NCBI GenBank assembly: GCA_964016885.1
Contig: CAXHJY010001571.1
Coordinates: forward strand, 62,001 to 126,000
Length of the DNA: 64,000 nt
Direction of reading: 5' to 3'
DNA from: Eledone cirrhosa
Taxonomy: Eukaryota
Part shown: one piece after another, positions 28,478-45,071 of the stretch
Layout of the letters: every line of letters starts with the position of its first letter
Position numbering within the stretch: position 1 is the first letter of the stretch
Notes under the pieces: generated by a model
The model's database searches: none
Seen by the model: the letters and a program-made list of their open reading frames with translations, nothing else
What the model was told of the DNA's origin: nothing
Position numbers and translations under genes: made by a program

Positions 28478-29520
28478 CTACATTTTAAATTTATATTTAT
28501 ATTTAAATGTTGAGTTCAATCTATGTCTGCAACAGCTGAATAAATTGGTTCGTAAATTAAGGGAATTTTTAGATTTTAGTATAAAGAATATCTCCTCCGC
28601 GCAGAGGTCACATGTCTCAGAAGAGGAATTAAAAGGAATCCCTTTTGAGACTATATTCCAAACCATCGAATATCCAACTTTATCATGTTTAAGTTGCCAG
28701 AGTAACCCTGACAGCGATGTTGAGGATTTTTTATTTGGATCCGTGAAAGAATTTTTGTGATTATTATAGCGAAGTTTAAATTCTGTCGAGGTGGAACCAA
28801 CATAATTAAAAGAATTTAAATCAGTTCTAACATTACAGTTGTATATTATATTTTTAACTAAGCAATTGTTATTTAGCGGACATTTAGATCTATCTCTACA
28901 GTTACAGTTTTTTAGTTGAATATTGTTTAGGCTATTTTCGGTATTTTGGCTAGGTTTTAGATTCCTATTATTTATTCTATTAATATTTTGTGCTAAATTT
29001 TTGGTGGACGAGTACGTTAATTTTATAGTATGTCTATTAAAAATTGAGTGATACTTATGTGTTCTAGGGAAGCGTTTGTCAAGAGCATTAAAAAATAGTT
29101 TAGCGATGTGGGTTTTAATGTTTAGTGAGAAAGGGGGGCAAACCATATTATATTTCTAGTTCTATTTCTTTTCTGGTTTTTGAAATTATTGTAGTGCTTT
29201 CTATTATAGTTGTTAAAGTTGTTACTGTAATTAAAATTGTTGTTATTTTGGTTAGTTTGTCTATTATCGATGTACATAATTTTATCACTATATCCTGCTC
29301 TAGCTAAAGCTTCATTATAATACTGGGCTTTTTCGTCAAAAATATTTTTATTGGAAGAGATTCTAGAGATACGTTTTTGAACAGAGTTCACTATAGTATT
29401 TTTGACAGATCTGGGGTGATTGGAGCTAAAATTGACAATTCAAGTTTTCATTTAACTTGTGAAATGGATAGTGAAGACATGTGTTGAGATTAAATGTTAC
29501 GTCTAGGAAATTGTTTTTCT
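28478..29520 (-). pseudogene. Frameshifted RT thumb + GIY-YIG endonuclease of Naiad-type PLE
   Basis: NFLDVT, SNHP, IIWF.PPFS, CNCR..CPL..CL..IIY..V..YVGST..FKLRY.NH, CDLC.EE, CCRH. Confidence 0.88.
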
Positions 29521-29809
29521 TTACATACATCTCTTCATCTTCTTTTTTTTTTTATTTACATACATCTCTTCATCTTCTTCTTCTCATCTTCGTTTTTCTT
29601 TCTATATAACTGTCATAACAGTTTCACTACCAAATCAACTTTTTAAATGGAAGTTGCATTATTACAAGGTATGTCACTAATTATTTATAAAACAGCTTAT
29701 GTATTGTATTTTGTCGGAGGAAGGCATACCATATTTTTAATATGATATCCCAGAAATATATATAACGAAATAAATATGGTTTTATAAATATAGTTTCCAT
29801 TTGTTTAAT

Positions 29810-29862
<53 letters not shown>

Positions 29863-30297
29863 TTAAGTATACTATCTATGGTTATGCAAATACAAAAACC
29901 TTTTGTAGTTATATATATTTTTATAAACCCTAAATAGTGGTAGGCAGTAATATATTACTACCTTATTACCAGTAAGTTAAATAGCTCAATGTAATAACAT
30001 CAGATGATTTACAGAGCAGTTATATGAATTATAAGAATCAAAGAGCTGTTCAAAACATTTTTATGCTTACAACTGTTTCCTCCAAACCGAGGTTTGGATT
30101 CTTCATCTGATGTTAGTACATTGAGCTATTTAACTTATTGGTAATAAGGTAGTAATATATTACTGCCTACCGCTATTTAGGGTTTATAAAAATATATATA
30201 ACTACCAAAGGTTTTTGTATTTGCATAACCATAGATAGTATACTTAATACTATTAACTGCTCCATACTGTTGAGCTGACATATAATAAATTACCAAT

Positions 30298-32746
30298 ATG
30301 CTAATCAAAGACCAACTCCCCATGTCAACCAAGAACATACCAATACCATCCAAGAATACATATGAGAAATTGCTGATCAACAGTGTAAACTCCTTTATCA
30401 ATAGAGTGAGATGGAGGACATTCCATTATGATAGAAACAGATCTAACAATGTTAATAATACTAACAAATTTAACTCCTTCGACTTTAAAACCTTTAAAAG
30501 CCCCCCTCATAATACACTACTTAACTCCTTTGAAAATGACCTAGTAAAACTAGTTAAGAACATTAAATGCAATAAGCACCGTAATAGAAACAACACCTTC
30601 TTAAACAAACTTAACACCTCTATTAATGAATTCAAAACTAGTAATAAAATTATTGTACACGCGGATATAACTAATAACATATACAGCCTGGATTATAATA
30701 CTTATAGAAAGTTTATATATAATGAACTACATAAAAGCTACAAGAAAACTACTATGAAAAACTTAGAGGATATTAATATAGAGGGATATAATATAGTGTC
30801 TAAACTAGGACTTCAGAGGCATACACACCCATACACCCCAAACTCCCCTAGATTCTCTCTGAAGGATCATAAGGAGGACTTCATTAGCAACCCCTCGATT
30901 AGACTTATCTGCCCTTCCAAGTCCGACATTGGCATTATCAGCAAGAAAATTTTAGATAAAATCATCCCACAAATTAAACACAAGATACACTTGGGGAAAT
31001 ACGGGTGAAGTTATTGAATGGTTCAAAGATATCAAGAATAACAAGGACAAAAAATTTATTCAATTTGATATCAATTCATACTACACCTCTATTTCCCCTA
31101 TCCTATTAAATAAGGCACTAATCATGGCCATGAACAATAGCGACCTGACTAGAACCCAGATTGATGTCATCCTTGCGGCCCGTAAAACCATAATCACCTT
31201 TGAGGACCAACTATGGACCCGCAAGGATACGCACAACTTCGACATAACCATGGGGTCTAGTGACTCGACGCAGGTCACTGATTTGGTCGGCTTATACTTA
31301 CTTAATGAAATCCATAAGGTCCTCCCATACCTCAACGGTGGTTTGTACCGTGATGATGCACTTCTACTTATAGAATATAAAAAATTCAATATAGAAAGAA
31401 CTAGAAAACTATTGCACAAGACATTCAAAAACTTTAACCTTAGTATCACCATGGACAAAAACACTAAAAACGTTAACTTCCTAGACGCCACACTATACCT
31501 AGACTCAAAAATATATACACCTTTCCATAAGCCTAACGAAAAACTCATTTACGTGGATACCAAGTCTAATCACCCTAGATAAATATTAAACTCTATCTCT
31601 AAGGGGGTATCCAATAGAATCTCTAATCTATCCTATGACGCAAACATATTTAACAAAAACTCACAATATTATAATCAAGCATTAGCTAGATCCGGCCATA
31701 ATATAGAGATTGAGTTCCTACCTAAGAAAACACATAGCTACAACATCATCTCGCACAATATGTCCATGGGGAAGCCTAGTAATATGAATAACAAACACAC
31801 GCACACTAAAGCAGAGGGTGCCATCAAAAGTAACCATTACCACAGAAACTATCGTAGTACCTTAGGAGGAAACAACACACCAGACACTAAAAACAAAAAT
31901 AGAAGAAGTAATAATACATTTTTCAACCCTCCTTTCAACCTAAACGTCTCCACCAACATACCTAGGGCTTTCTTCTCACTACTAGATAAAAACTTCCCTC
32001 TAGGACACAAGTCCCATAACCTTTTAAACAAAAACACTATTAAAATCTCATACTCTACGACGCCTAACTTAGCATACCACATAGCTAGCAGCAATAAAAG
32101 TAAAATTAATTCTTACTTCCAACAAACGAAATCGCAACAGGAGGTAAACCTTCAAAATACCACTATAGCAAGCAACCCTAATAACGGCAGTAATAATAGA
32201 AATAACACTAGTATAAGCAATAACACCGGGGTCGACAACCCGAATGTCCAAAATCCTATTGCTACCACCCGGACTTCTGCACAGCATTATAACCAGCAGA
32301 CTAACACCCAGAATAATTGTAACTGTAGAGCAAATAGAACCTGCCCTTTAGATAAAAAATGCCTAATCAAGGACATCATATACTCATGCACCGTCACAAC
32401 TAGCAACTCTTCAGAAACCTATGTGGGCTCCACTTGTAACTGCTTCAAAACCAGGTATAATTCGCACATCCACTCGTTCAAGAAGCACAGTCTAGCCAGC
32501 TCCACCTCACTATCTAGCTACATACACTATCTAAAAACTAAAAATAAACCTTACACACTCAAATGGGAAGTGATAGGTAGCGCGACTTCGTACAAACCAC
32601 CTAATAAATTTTTTAACCTCTGTATACTAGAGACCCACACTATTATCTTCTCTAACCGTAACCTACTTAACAAAAAATCTGAAGTGTTTGCAACTTGGCA
32701 GCACCGCTTCAGACATTCCTTCCAAAACTTTAAGCCCAATATATAG
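30298..32746 (+). pseudogene. Naiad-type RT/GIY-YIG ORF with a frameshift (approx. 30990) and an internal stop (31580)
   Basis: STKNIPIPS, RVRWR, LKDHK..F..NPSIRLI.PSKSDIG, FIQFDI, FDITMGS.D, GLYRDD, NFLD, CNCR..CPL..CL..IIY, YVGST. Confidence 0.9.
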
Positions 32747-34156
32747 CAATGTCGGACTTGAACCAGACACCACCTCTAGCATCATACACCAGGGGCACAC
32801 CTTATACCACATCCCCACACTCATTGATCTAATATAACACTAATCGGGACATCCCTCTAGAACCCTTCACATTAGGAATACCCCTTTGTACTTCTACTTC
32901 AGGTGTGACTACATCCAGTTGCTTGAACTGCACTACACCACTTTATAGTTAATGTAAAATTTAAGCATTGAATTGATTGTATTGTTGGTGCTATGCGGAG
33001 GAAGTGCCATCGTTGGATAAATGGAAGACTAATTAATCTAGTAACGTTGATGAACTGTACGACCGGTATGCTGAGTGCAGTGTAAGTATTGCAAGTGGCG
33101 TATGGGTTGTACATATATGTATGATTTGATGGTCAGATTAGTGACATGAGGAGTTCGGATTGACCTCTGGTCTGCCCTAGTGATGATTATCTTTCGACAT
33201 CCAATATAGCATGCACTGACCCGGAACTTACCAGGGATCATTGTGTGTTGAAGTGATTCTGGAATCACCTTGCCTGGTTCTATGAGTAGACTACAATCAC
33301 AGTGATCATTAATTTAGAAATCTCGCTCGTCGTGTATAATATTCATTTGTGGCACTCTACGATGGAGGATAATCACCATAATAGGAACACCTTCAGCACA
33401 GCTTAATAGACTACATTATAGTTAAGACACTTTACATTTTTAGAAACTGCGCATAACCATATAAGTTAGGGACTATTTTGAGACACAATTTAATAGTTAG
33501 TAATAGAAACCACTGAGTTACCTCCCCTCATGCATTAACTCCCCTTAGCCACACACACACTTCCGGGTAATATTTCCATGTCGATTCTCGCAACGTAACA
33601 ACCTACTGTAGCTAAAGAACATCAGACTACGATTCTCTAACAGGATTGTCAAACGCCCAATATCGAATTATGTGAGGGGGATATAATCTGAAAAATACGC
33701 TCCCCGGAATATGAAAATGTCGCAGTGCATGAAATCCATATCATCGCTTCGCTACGCATTTCCAATATTTTTAATGCTTACATTATTTTTAATGCTTATA
33801 TTATTTCTCCACGCACAGGCTATAACAATCATATAAAGAATTCATTACCAGATCAACCCCCTTAACACTCTTGATTACCTGCTTAAGTGCTTCTATTACA
33901 CGTAACTCTCTGCCACACTATATAAACAAGACGCACGTGCTTGCCACACGTATAACTATTGCACTCTATAACCGCTTAATTTCATGTTGTATTTTAACCT
34001 GTATTTTTGATTGTAGCTTTTAATATGAATGTAATCTCTAAATGTGTACTGCCACACTAAATGCTGTAATGAATGTTGACCCACAATATTTACATATGTA
34101 TCTGTATGCCTCTTGGGTGAAAAGGAGGTCATATAAGTGTTCATTCAATAATAAAT

Positions 34157-34203
34157 TGCTCCGAAGAATCCAAACCTCGGTTTGGAGGAAACAGTTGTAA
34201 GCA
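34157..34203 (+). ncRNA. HHR of family B pLTR (U4C in this copy; minus copy at 30064-30105 retains TGAAGA)
   Basis: TGCT-CCGAAGA-aTCCAAACCtcGGTTTGGAg-GAAA-CAGTTG-TA-AGCA. Confidence 0.75.
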
Positions 34204-34240
34204 TAAAAATGTTTTGAACAGCTCTTTGATTCTTATAATT

Positions 34241-34277
<37 letters not shown>

Positions 34278-34374
34278 GTTTATATGTATACAGAAGGTAA
34301 ACAGAAATAATAATTCAATCGGTACAGTATATGGAAGGTATATATTAGGTTAACGCTTGATATAGCAGGAAGAC

Positions 34375-34414
34375 TGTCTTAACGTTTCGGACGCTAGTCC
34401 TTCATCAGAAAAAA
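34375..34414 (-). ncRNA. Minimal HHR with eroded stem I
   Basis: Minus: tttttt-CTGATGA-a-GGAC-tagc-GTCC-GAAA-CG-TT-aagaca. Confidence 0.65.
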
Positions 34415-34552
34415 TAATGAGAAATAAAATAGATTGAGGCGACGGGCGGGTTGGATTTGGAAAAAATGTCTTTAGATAAAAATAACAGTTCCATTCATAT
34501 TGACATCTCTTGTAATGATAAATGTAATCTGAGTTTTTCGAATATTAATAAT

Positions 34553-34739
34553 TGTTTCTACATTTGGCACAAGGCCAGCAATTACTCAGTGCATTACTGG
34601 TACTTTATTTTATCGACCCCGTAAGGATGAAAGGCAAAGTTAACCTCGGCTGGGTTTGAACTCAGAATGGCAAGGGACGTAATTCTATGTGTCAAAGCAT
34701 GGCATCCGACCCTCTACCGATACTGCCAATCCACCGCCC
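34553..34739 (-). mobile_element. tRNA-derived SINE with 18-bp target-site duplication
   Basis: TTTTCGAATATTAATAAT at 34535-34552 and 34740-34757. Confidence 0.9.
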
Positions 34740-34841
34740 TTTTCGAATATTAATAATAACATTCGATTCGTTGGCAATTATGCAAACAAGCCTCATTTTT
34801 AAAGTCATGTCAGTAGAATGAACCCTTTATTCTTGCTCTTT

Positions 34842-34872
<31 letters not shown>

Positions 34873-34923
34873 CGTATAGTGACGAAACATAAGTCAATTG
34901 GATGAACTCATAATCCTTTATTT

Positions 34924-34979
34924 ACTGCTATATATATTTCGATGATAGCCATTGAATTGCTATGACCTCATCAGGCAGT
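34924..34979 (-). ncRNA. Type I hammerhead ribozyme
   Basis: Minus: ACTGC-CTGATGA-ggtcATAGC(n9)GCTATcatc-GAAA-TATATA-TA-GCAGT. Confidence 0.8.
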
Positions 34980-35699
34980 TAGTCAGTTCTTAGATATGCC
35001 AGCTCTGTGTTTATAGTGTTGATGGTATCAGAGCCTTGGCACATATGAGCTTGTTAGGAATAATTTAATGTTGTCAGCAGGAATAGTCTTAATTCTCATT
35101 GGTCACTTTGTAGGTGCTAGTAGGGTTGATATTTGACCTCAAAGAGGCAGCTGGTTTTGTAAAGTTCAAACCGTCAGGCAAGATGACAATAGTTCCATAT
35201 GACTGATTTTCACAAAAAGCATTCCTGGTCAGATATATATTCAATTAAGGTTAGTAGTATGAAATAGATACTACAGGTCATTCTTAAATTGAGGAATTTA
35301 TGTGGGGTCGTGCTACTGAAAATTATGGATAGAGTAGAAAATTTACAAATAAAAATAAAAATAAAAAGACTTATGTAGGTTGGTTTGCATGTACACTCAC
35401 ACCCACCTCCACAGACACACACACACATCCACACATACAAATTGAGGAATTAATGTGGGGTGGTAATACTTAAAATAAGGGTTAGAGTCAAATACTTAGT
35501 TTAGAAAATTTAGAAATAAAAGGCTTATGTTGGTTGACTTGTACATACACTCACACCTACCCCCTCAGACGCACACACATCTACACACACAAATCCATAC
35601 AGGTGTGTATATATATATATGTAATATATATGTAATATATATATATATAAATTATAAATATATATATATAAAATACACATATATATAAATATATATACA

Positions 35700-37988
35700 T
35701 AAGAGAGAAATCCGGAAGCAAACATGGAGTGAAAACACTGCCACACAAGACACTAACACACAATTTAAACACTTCATGACAACGATACACACTATATGCA
35801 AAAAGTTTGTCCCGGAGAAAGAGGCAAACAGACACAAACATCTTATTCCCAGAGATAGGAAAATCCTTATGAGACGTAGAACTAAACTCTCAAACCAGTT
35901 GAATAGTAAACAAAACAAAAACAAGAAGGAATCCTATTTGAAACGTGCACTACTTGACACCGAGATTGCACTCAAACTTTCCCATGAGAATGAGAGGGCA
36001 AAGAAAGAGAACAGAGCCATAGAAAACATTAAAACAAACCCTAAGGCCTTCTTTAAATTTGCAAAAGAAACTGCCTCAGTACACTGCAATATTGGGCCAC
36101 TCTTCCATACGGACGGTTCATTAACCGAAAACCTCCAAGAGATATGTGAAATACTGAACGAACAGTACAAAAGTGTGTTCACATGTCCACTGAGGCACAT
36201 GCAAATAAGGAAGCCAGAGGAGTTCTTTGATGCCACAACACTACATCAAGAAATGGCAACCATCAACCACATAGACATAACGGAGGAGGATGTGGTGTAC
36301 GCCATTGATGAAATTAGAACAGACTCGGCTGCTGGACCTGATGGATTCCCAGCAATTCTCTTAAAAATATGTAAGCGGGCCTTAGCAACTCCACTGAAGA
36401 TGCTCTTCAGAAGCTCCTTGGCTAGTGGTGTACTATCCAGGGAGCTGAAAGAAGGCACAATATGCCCTATCCATAAAGGAGGTAGCAGAGCGGAGGCCAA
36501 AAACTATAGGCCAGTCTCCCTGACGTCACATATCAGTAAGGTCATGGAGCGAGTCATCAGAAAGAAACTGATCACTTTCCACGAGGAAAATGACCGCCTG
36601 ACTAGCACGCAACATGGCTTCCGCCCAGGAAGAAGCTGCCTTACACAGCTGCTACATCACTACGACTGGGTACTGAGACAACTACTAGACAGCTCACATG
36701 TGGACGTGATATATCTTGACTTTGCGAAGGCCTTTGACAAGGTCGACCACGGAATGATATGTCACAAACTACACGGACTCGGCATAACTGGAAAAGTAGG
36801 TGAGTGGCTGCATGGCTTCCTAAGGGACAGAAGCCAGGCAGTCGCAGCAAATGGGGCCCTCTCGAGGGAAACACTAATAACAAGTGGGGTGCCCCAGGGG
36901 ACAGTTCTGGGACCACTACTGTTTTTGGTGGCTCTCTCAGACATGCCCTCTGTAGTGCATACAACAACATCCCTCACTAGCTATGCTGATGACACTAAGG
37001 TAGCACAGGCAATCAAAAACCCGGCTGACGCTGCCCTTTTACAGCAGGATCTGGATGCCATATACAAATGGGCGGAAGAAAACAACATGCAGTTTAATGC
37101 TGGCAAATTCCAAGCCCTACAATACAAACCTCCAAACAAACCTGCAAACACAAATATAGTGTAACACAACTACACAGGACCAGGAGGGACCGATATCCCG
37201 TGTCAAAATCGATACGAGATCTGGGCATAGACATGAGCGATGATGCATCTTTTTCTTCACACATCATGAAAGTGGCGACAATGTGCAGACGACTCGCTGG
37301 CTGGATCTTGAGGACTTTCCGGACAAGAGATCGAGACACCATGTTGACACTATGGAGGACATTTGTCCTAAGCCGCCTGGACTACTGCTCCCAGTTGTGG
37401 TCACCCCATAGTGTCAAACTAACCACGGAGCTTGAGGCAATCCAGCGAAGCTACACCAAGAGGATTGCCAAGATGAGGGAGACAAGCTACTGGGAGAGGC
37501 TAGAGGAACTGAACCTCTACTCCTTGGAGCGAAGACGGGAGAGATACGCAGTGATCTACATGTGGAAAATCCTGGAGGGACTAGCACCAAACTTTGGCAT
37601 TGGGAGCTGGACCAACCGTCGAACAGGACGTCACTGTGTGGTGGCAAAGGTCCCGTCTTCCACATCTAGAATAAGGAGCAGGTGTTGCAATAGCCTGGGA
37701 TTCAAGGGCCCTCAACTCTTTAACAGGCTGCCGAAGGATCTGAGAGACTTGCATGACGTGGAGGTGGATTTCTTCAAGAAACATCTCGACACCTTGTTAT
37801 CCAGGATCCCGGATAAGCCCACAGCAAGACACGAGGGAAACCAAAGGGCAGCAGCAACAAACTCCCTCTTACACCAGTGGCCAACCTATACAGGCTGGAG
37901 ATAAAATGTGTAGCAACAAGGGCGGTGCCCCAGCATGGCCTCAGCCGGATGGCTGAAACAGGTAAAAGAGTAAAAGAGTAAAAGAGTA
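35700..37988 (+). mobile_element. 5'-truncated CR1-like LINE with 3' stem-loop and (GTAAAAGA)3 tail
   Basis: RT ORF2 region, short 3' UTR, 8-nt tandem tail, TA-rich flanks. Confidence 0.9.
35776..37904 (+). pseudogene. CR1-like ORF2 reverse transcriptase, split by a frameshift near 37164-37200; endonuclease domain absent
   Basis: AAGPDG, NYRPVSLTS, QHGFRPGRSC, LDFAKAFDKVDH, SGVPQGTVLGPLLF, YADDTK, RDLGI, LDYCSQLWSP, SLERRRER. Confidence 0.92.
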
Positions 37989-38091
37989 TATAAAATACAT
38001 ATATATATATAAAATATATACATATATAAAATATATACATACATAAAATATACATACATACATATATATAAAATACATATATAGAAAATAT

Positions 38092-38125
<34 letters not shown>

Positions 38126-38177
38126 ATACATAAAATACACATATATAAACACATAAAATATATATATATATATACAC

Positions 38178-38280
<103 letters not shown>

Positions 38281-38438
38281 TATGTGTATATATATATATA
38301 TTTATGTGTGTATATATGTATATATATATGTGTATTTTATGTATATATATGTATATATATATATATAATTTATATATATGTATTTTATATATATGTATGT
38401 ATATTTTATTGAGCTCACCCGTCGGGGTCTTACTCGTT

Positions 38439-38518
<80 letters not shown>

Positions 38519-38527
38519 CACATATAA

Positions 38528-40041
<1,514 letters not shown>

Positions 40042-40056
40042 TTAACCCGGAATAAC

Positions 40057-40116
<60 letters not shown>

Positions 40117-40129
40117 CCACATGTATGAC

Positions 40130-40460
40130 AGAGTTGAGATTTACATATACTTGGAATTACATACACTGCAAGTATTGTGGTACATGTATACACCAGAAAC
40201 ATGGTGTCAGGGAATGACAAAGTATGCCAATATATAGAGATACATCCCTGAAACCAGATATTGAAGTCAAAGACCGCAAATAAAGGAAATGTCTTCTAAT
40301 ATACGTATCAGTCATCACAGATGACAATATATCTCTCAAAGAAACGGAGAAATTATCCAAATATAAAGAACTAGAGAAGGAAATAACCATAACATGAATG
40401 ATGGAAACATAATAATACGAGCCCTAATAACACACAGACACATACATAACTAAATTCCCA
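40130..40460 (+). pseudogene. Degraded REL-endonuclease end of an R4/Dong-like non-LTR retrotransposon
   Basis: WY..TPET..KPDIEVKDRK.RKCLLIYVSV..DDNISLKETEKLSKYKELEKEI matches PD..D..EK..KY..L motif. Confidence 0.6.
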
Positions 40461-40464
40461 GTGA

Positions 40465-41172
40465 TCATCATCATCATCATCATCATCGTCATCAGTATTC
40501 TCATCTTAATCATTATCATCGTCATTGTTTCCCTCATTACCACAACCTTATTATCATAATTAATATCCTCATCTTCCCCGTCGTCGGTTTGTTCGCTGAC
40601 TTGTCATCATCATCATAATCAGCATCACTATCATTACCATCACATCCACTACCAGTATCATCATCACCATCACCATCACTATTAACATACCCATCGTAAT
40701 CATCATTATAATCATCATCTTCATCATCAACATCATCGTCATCACCATTAACATCACCATCATCAACATCATCATGATCATCATCATAACTACATCATCA
40801 TCACCACTACCATCATCATCACCACTACCATCACCACCCCACCACACCACCACCATCACCACTACCACCACCACCATCACCACCAACACCACCACCACCA
40901 CCACCACCACCACCATCACCACCACCATCACCACCACCACTAACACCACCACCACCACTATCACCACCACCACCACCAACACCACCACCACCAACACAAC
41001 CACCACAACCACCACCACCACCACCATCACAACAATTACCACTACCACCACCACAAACCACCACCACCACCACCACCACCACCACCACCACCACCACCAC
41101 CACCACCACCACCACCACCACCACCACCACCACCACCACCACCACCACCACCACCACAACCACCACCACCAT
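40465..41172. repeat. (CAT)n grading into (CAC)n trinucleotide repeat
   Basis: Directly visible. Confidence 0.9.
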
Positions 41173-41809
41173 TATATAGTAAATGGCTGTTCTGTTATAT
41201 TCCCAACCATTCCATCATCTAATTATCCTTGACACCAATACTGACAGCCTTCCTGAGGCATTGGAACTGTTTATACCATTAATAAGTAATTAAACAACAA
41301 AAACATTTATAAACTTAAAACATAAATAAAATATTTGTAAACAGTAAAATGTTTTTAAGATTCACTTATTTTAACTTTCTTGTCTTCAAAATTAATTTTT
41401 CTCTTTCTTTCATGTTTTCTCTCCTTAAGCAAGGCAATCACCTCTTATTGTGTGATTTGCTTCTATTAATATCAATAAGGTGTAAGTGTCAAGATAATTG
41501 TAGCTGTTGAAGCAACACCTTTCGTAAACAATGCCCACGTGGAGCCTGTAATAGCTTCTGAAGAAGACTTTCATTTCATTAAAGAATTAAATATAATTAA
41601 CCAGTTAGCAATAAGGTAAATATCAACAACAGCAACAGCAACAAGAATATCAACATTAACTGCAACAGGAGCGACCAAACAATAGAAACCAAGAAAAGAA
41701 ACAAATCAGTGATAGTGGTGGGGTGAACTACTTCGTTCAAGTTGTTGCTTTGTTTTTGGTGGACGGGGATTAATTTATATTTGAAATCTAGAATAAGTGA
41801 AGCCGTCAT

Positions 41810-41960
41810 TTAGCCTGTGGCAGTGGAGAATTCCGATGTTCCTGGCCCTCGGATCACATCCCTACACACTACTACCGGAGCGGTGTTGGTCACCCGCAAA
41901 TACCACCCCTACCAGGTAGCATGGCTGTTCCAGCGCGTTTCCCTCACCGTCCACCATCTG
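41810..41960 (+). pseudogene. Second degraded CRE-like LINE end
   Basis: Homologous to 6233-6365; PVAVENSDVPGPRITSL..WLFQRVSLT. Confidence 0.5.
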
Positions 41961-42284
41961 AGTCTGTTGCCGTTCGCCTGACCGTGATCAGAGCTCAGAG
42001 ACCAGTTTCCATAGCTCAACGCGAGGAGGCCGACAAACTTGAACTGGCACATGCTTTTGTTCGACACAAGTCCAGTTCGCCTTGCTCTCCTACAATAATT
42101 TCTATTTTATTTGTAGGGATGCAAATATCAGTTATATTGCTTCCAGTTCTTAGCTGAAATTTTATTTTATCGATCACAGAAGAATAAAAGGCAAAATTGA
42201 CCTCGGTGGAATTTGAACTAAGAAGGTAAAAATCAGAAAGAAATCTGCAAAGTATTTTGAATCTCGCTCTAAGGATTCTGTCTT

Positions 42285-43792
<1,508 letters not shown>

Positions 43793-43886
43793 ATATATAT
43801 ATTCCTCATTTGGTCATTACATGAGAGTATTTTGGTCAGCCTATCAACTTTTCAGCTGACCCTCGTATATATATATATATATATAT

Positions 43887-44378
43887 GTCATAGATTGAGT
43901 TAGAAACTCAAAATAGTCTTTTACAATTGAATAGCTCAAAGAAAGGAATCTTTCCGAGCCGTGTAATACAATTGAATATATGAGAGGGATGAACACCGAT
44001 ACAAGGATACGTGTGTTCCAATAGCAAATGACCGAGTTAACTAGGTTGAAAAAATACTAATTTAAAACAATAAGGTTTGCCTGTCTCGATTTAAAGTAAT
44101 AAATCAGTAAAAATAACAAACCTATATCGGGCAACTACCTTCGATACCCGGACAGATCTAAATCTGTTCGCAAGATATATTAAGGGAAAGCCACCATTCC
44201 TGTGCTCTTCTTGCCCGATATAGGTTTGTTATTTTTACTGATTTATTACTTTAAATCGAGACAGGCAAACCTTATTGTTTTAAATTAGTATTTTTTCAAC
44301 CTAGTTAACTTGGTCATTTGCTATTGGAACACACGTATCCTTGTATCGGTGTTCATCCCTCTCATATATTCAATTGTG
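43887..44378. mobile_element. Fold-back insert: 168-bp arms (43968-44135 / 44211-44378), 75-nt spacer, left tail
   Basis: Near-perfect inverted repeat between microsatellites; no HHR recognised. Confidence 0.75.
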
Positions 44379-44406
44379 TGTGTATATATATATATGTGTG
44401 TGTGTT

Positions 44407-44477
<71 letters not shown>

Positions 44478-44486
44478 ATATATAAA

Positions 44487-44546
<60 letters not shown>

Positions 44547-44614
44547 GTGTGTGGGGGGGGGGTATATATATATATATGTGTTTGTGTGTGTGTATATATA
44601 TGTACGTATTTCCT

Positions 44615-44839
44615 ATTGAATAATATACGGGATGTTTATGAAAAGTATTTGAATGTTTTTCGCTATGACGTTTTAAGGTTATGAGCATTATCACGCTAAT
44701 TACTGAGAAATGATGGAGTTGTGGGTTACTTGCCGCTGTTTTTGCTGAGGTTGGATGTTTGACAATAATCACAACCTTAAAAATTCATAGCGAAAAGTTT
44801 TCAAATGTTTTTCAGAAAAATATCGTATATTATTCAATA
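44615..44839. repeat. Strongly diverged inverted repeat (old fold-back insert)
   Basis: ATTGAATAATATACG..TTTTCGCTATGA..TTTAAGGTT mirrored at 44773-44839. Confidence 0.6.
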
Positions 44840-45071
44840 TACAATACGCCCATTTATATGTATACCGCCTGGTAGGGGCACCAATATAATATTATGTATA
44901 TATATCATCATCATCATCATATATATTTAAAAGAGTCTAAGTCAGGGTGACGGAGCCGACTCTTTTAAATACACATTTAAACTTTTACATATATCAGTTC
45001 GCATATCTGACTGTACTTTGAGCTGATCGATATAGAATCAATTGTAATATACAAATAAGTGTTACTACTGT

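Larger units (their letters stand above)
27052..29815 (-). mobile_element. 5'-truncated Naiad-type PLE (family A) with inverted pLTR
   Basis: ORF remnants 28478-29520; 29511-29815 is the reverse complement of approx. 27139-27445; (TA)n flanks. Confidence 0.88.
29858..34243 (+). mobile_element. Full-length Naiad-type PLE (family B) with 5' fold-back pLTR and 1.4-kb 3' UTR
   Basis: Inverted arms 29858-30008 / 30103-30252; spacer is antisense to the 3' end 34163-34243; (TA)n flanks. Confidence 0.9.
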
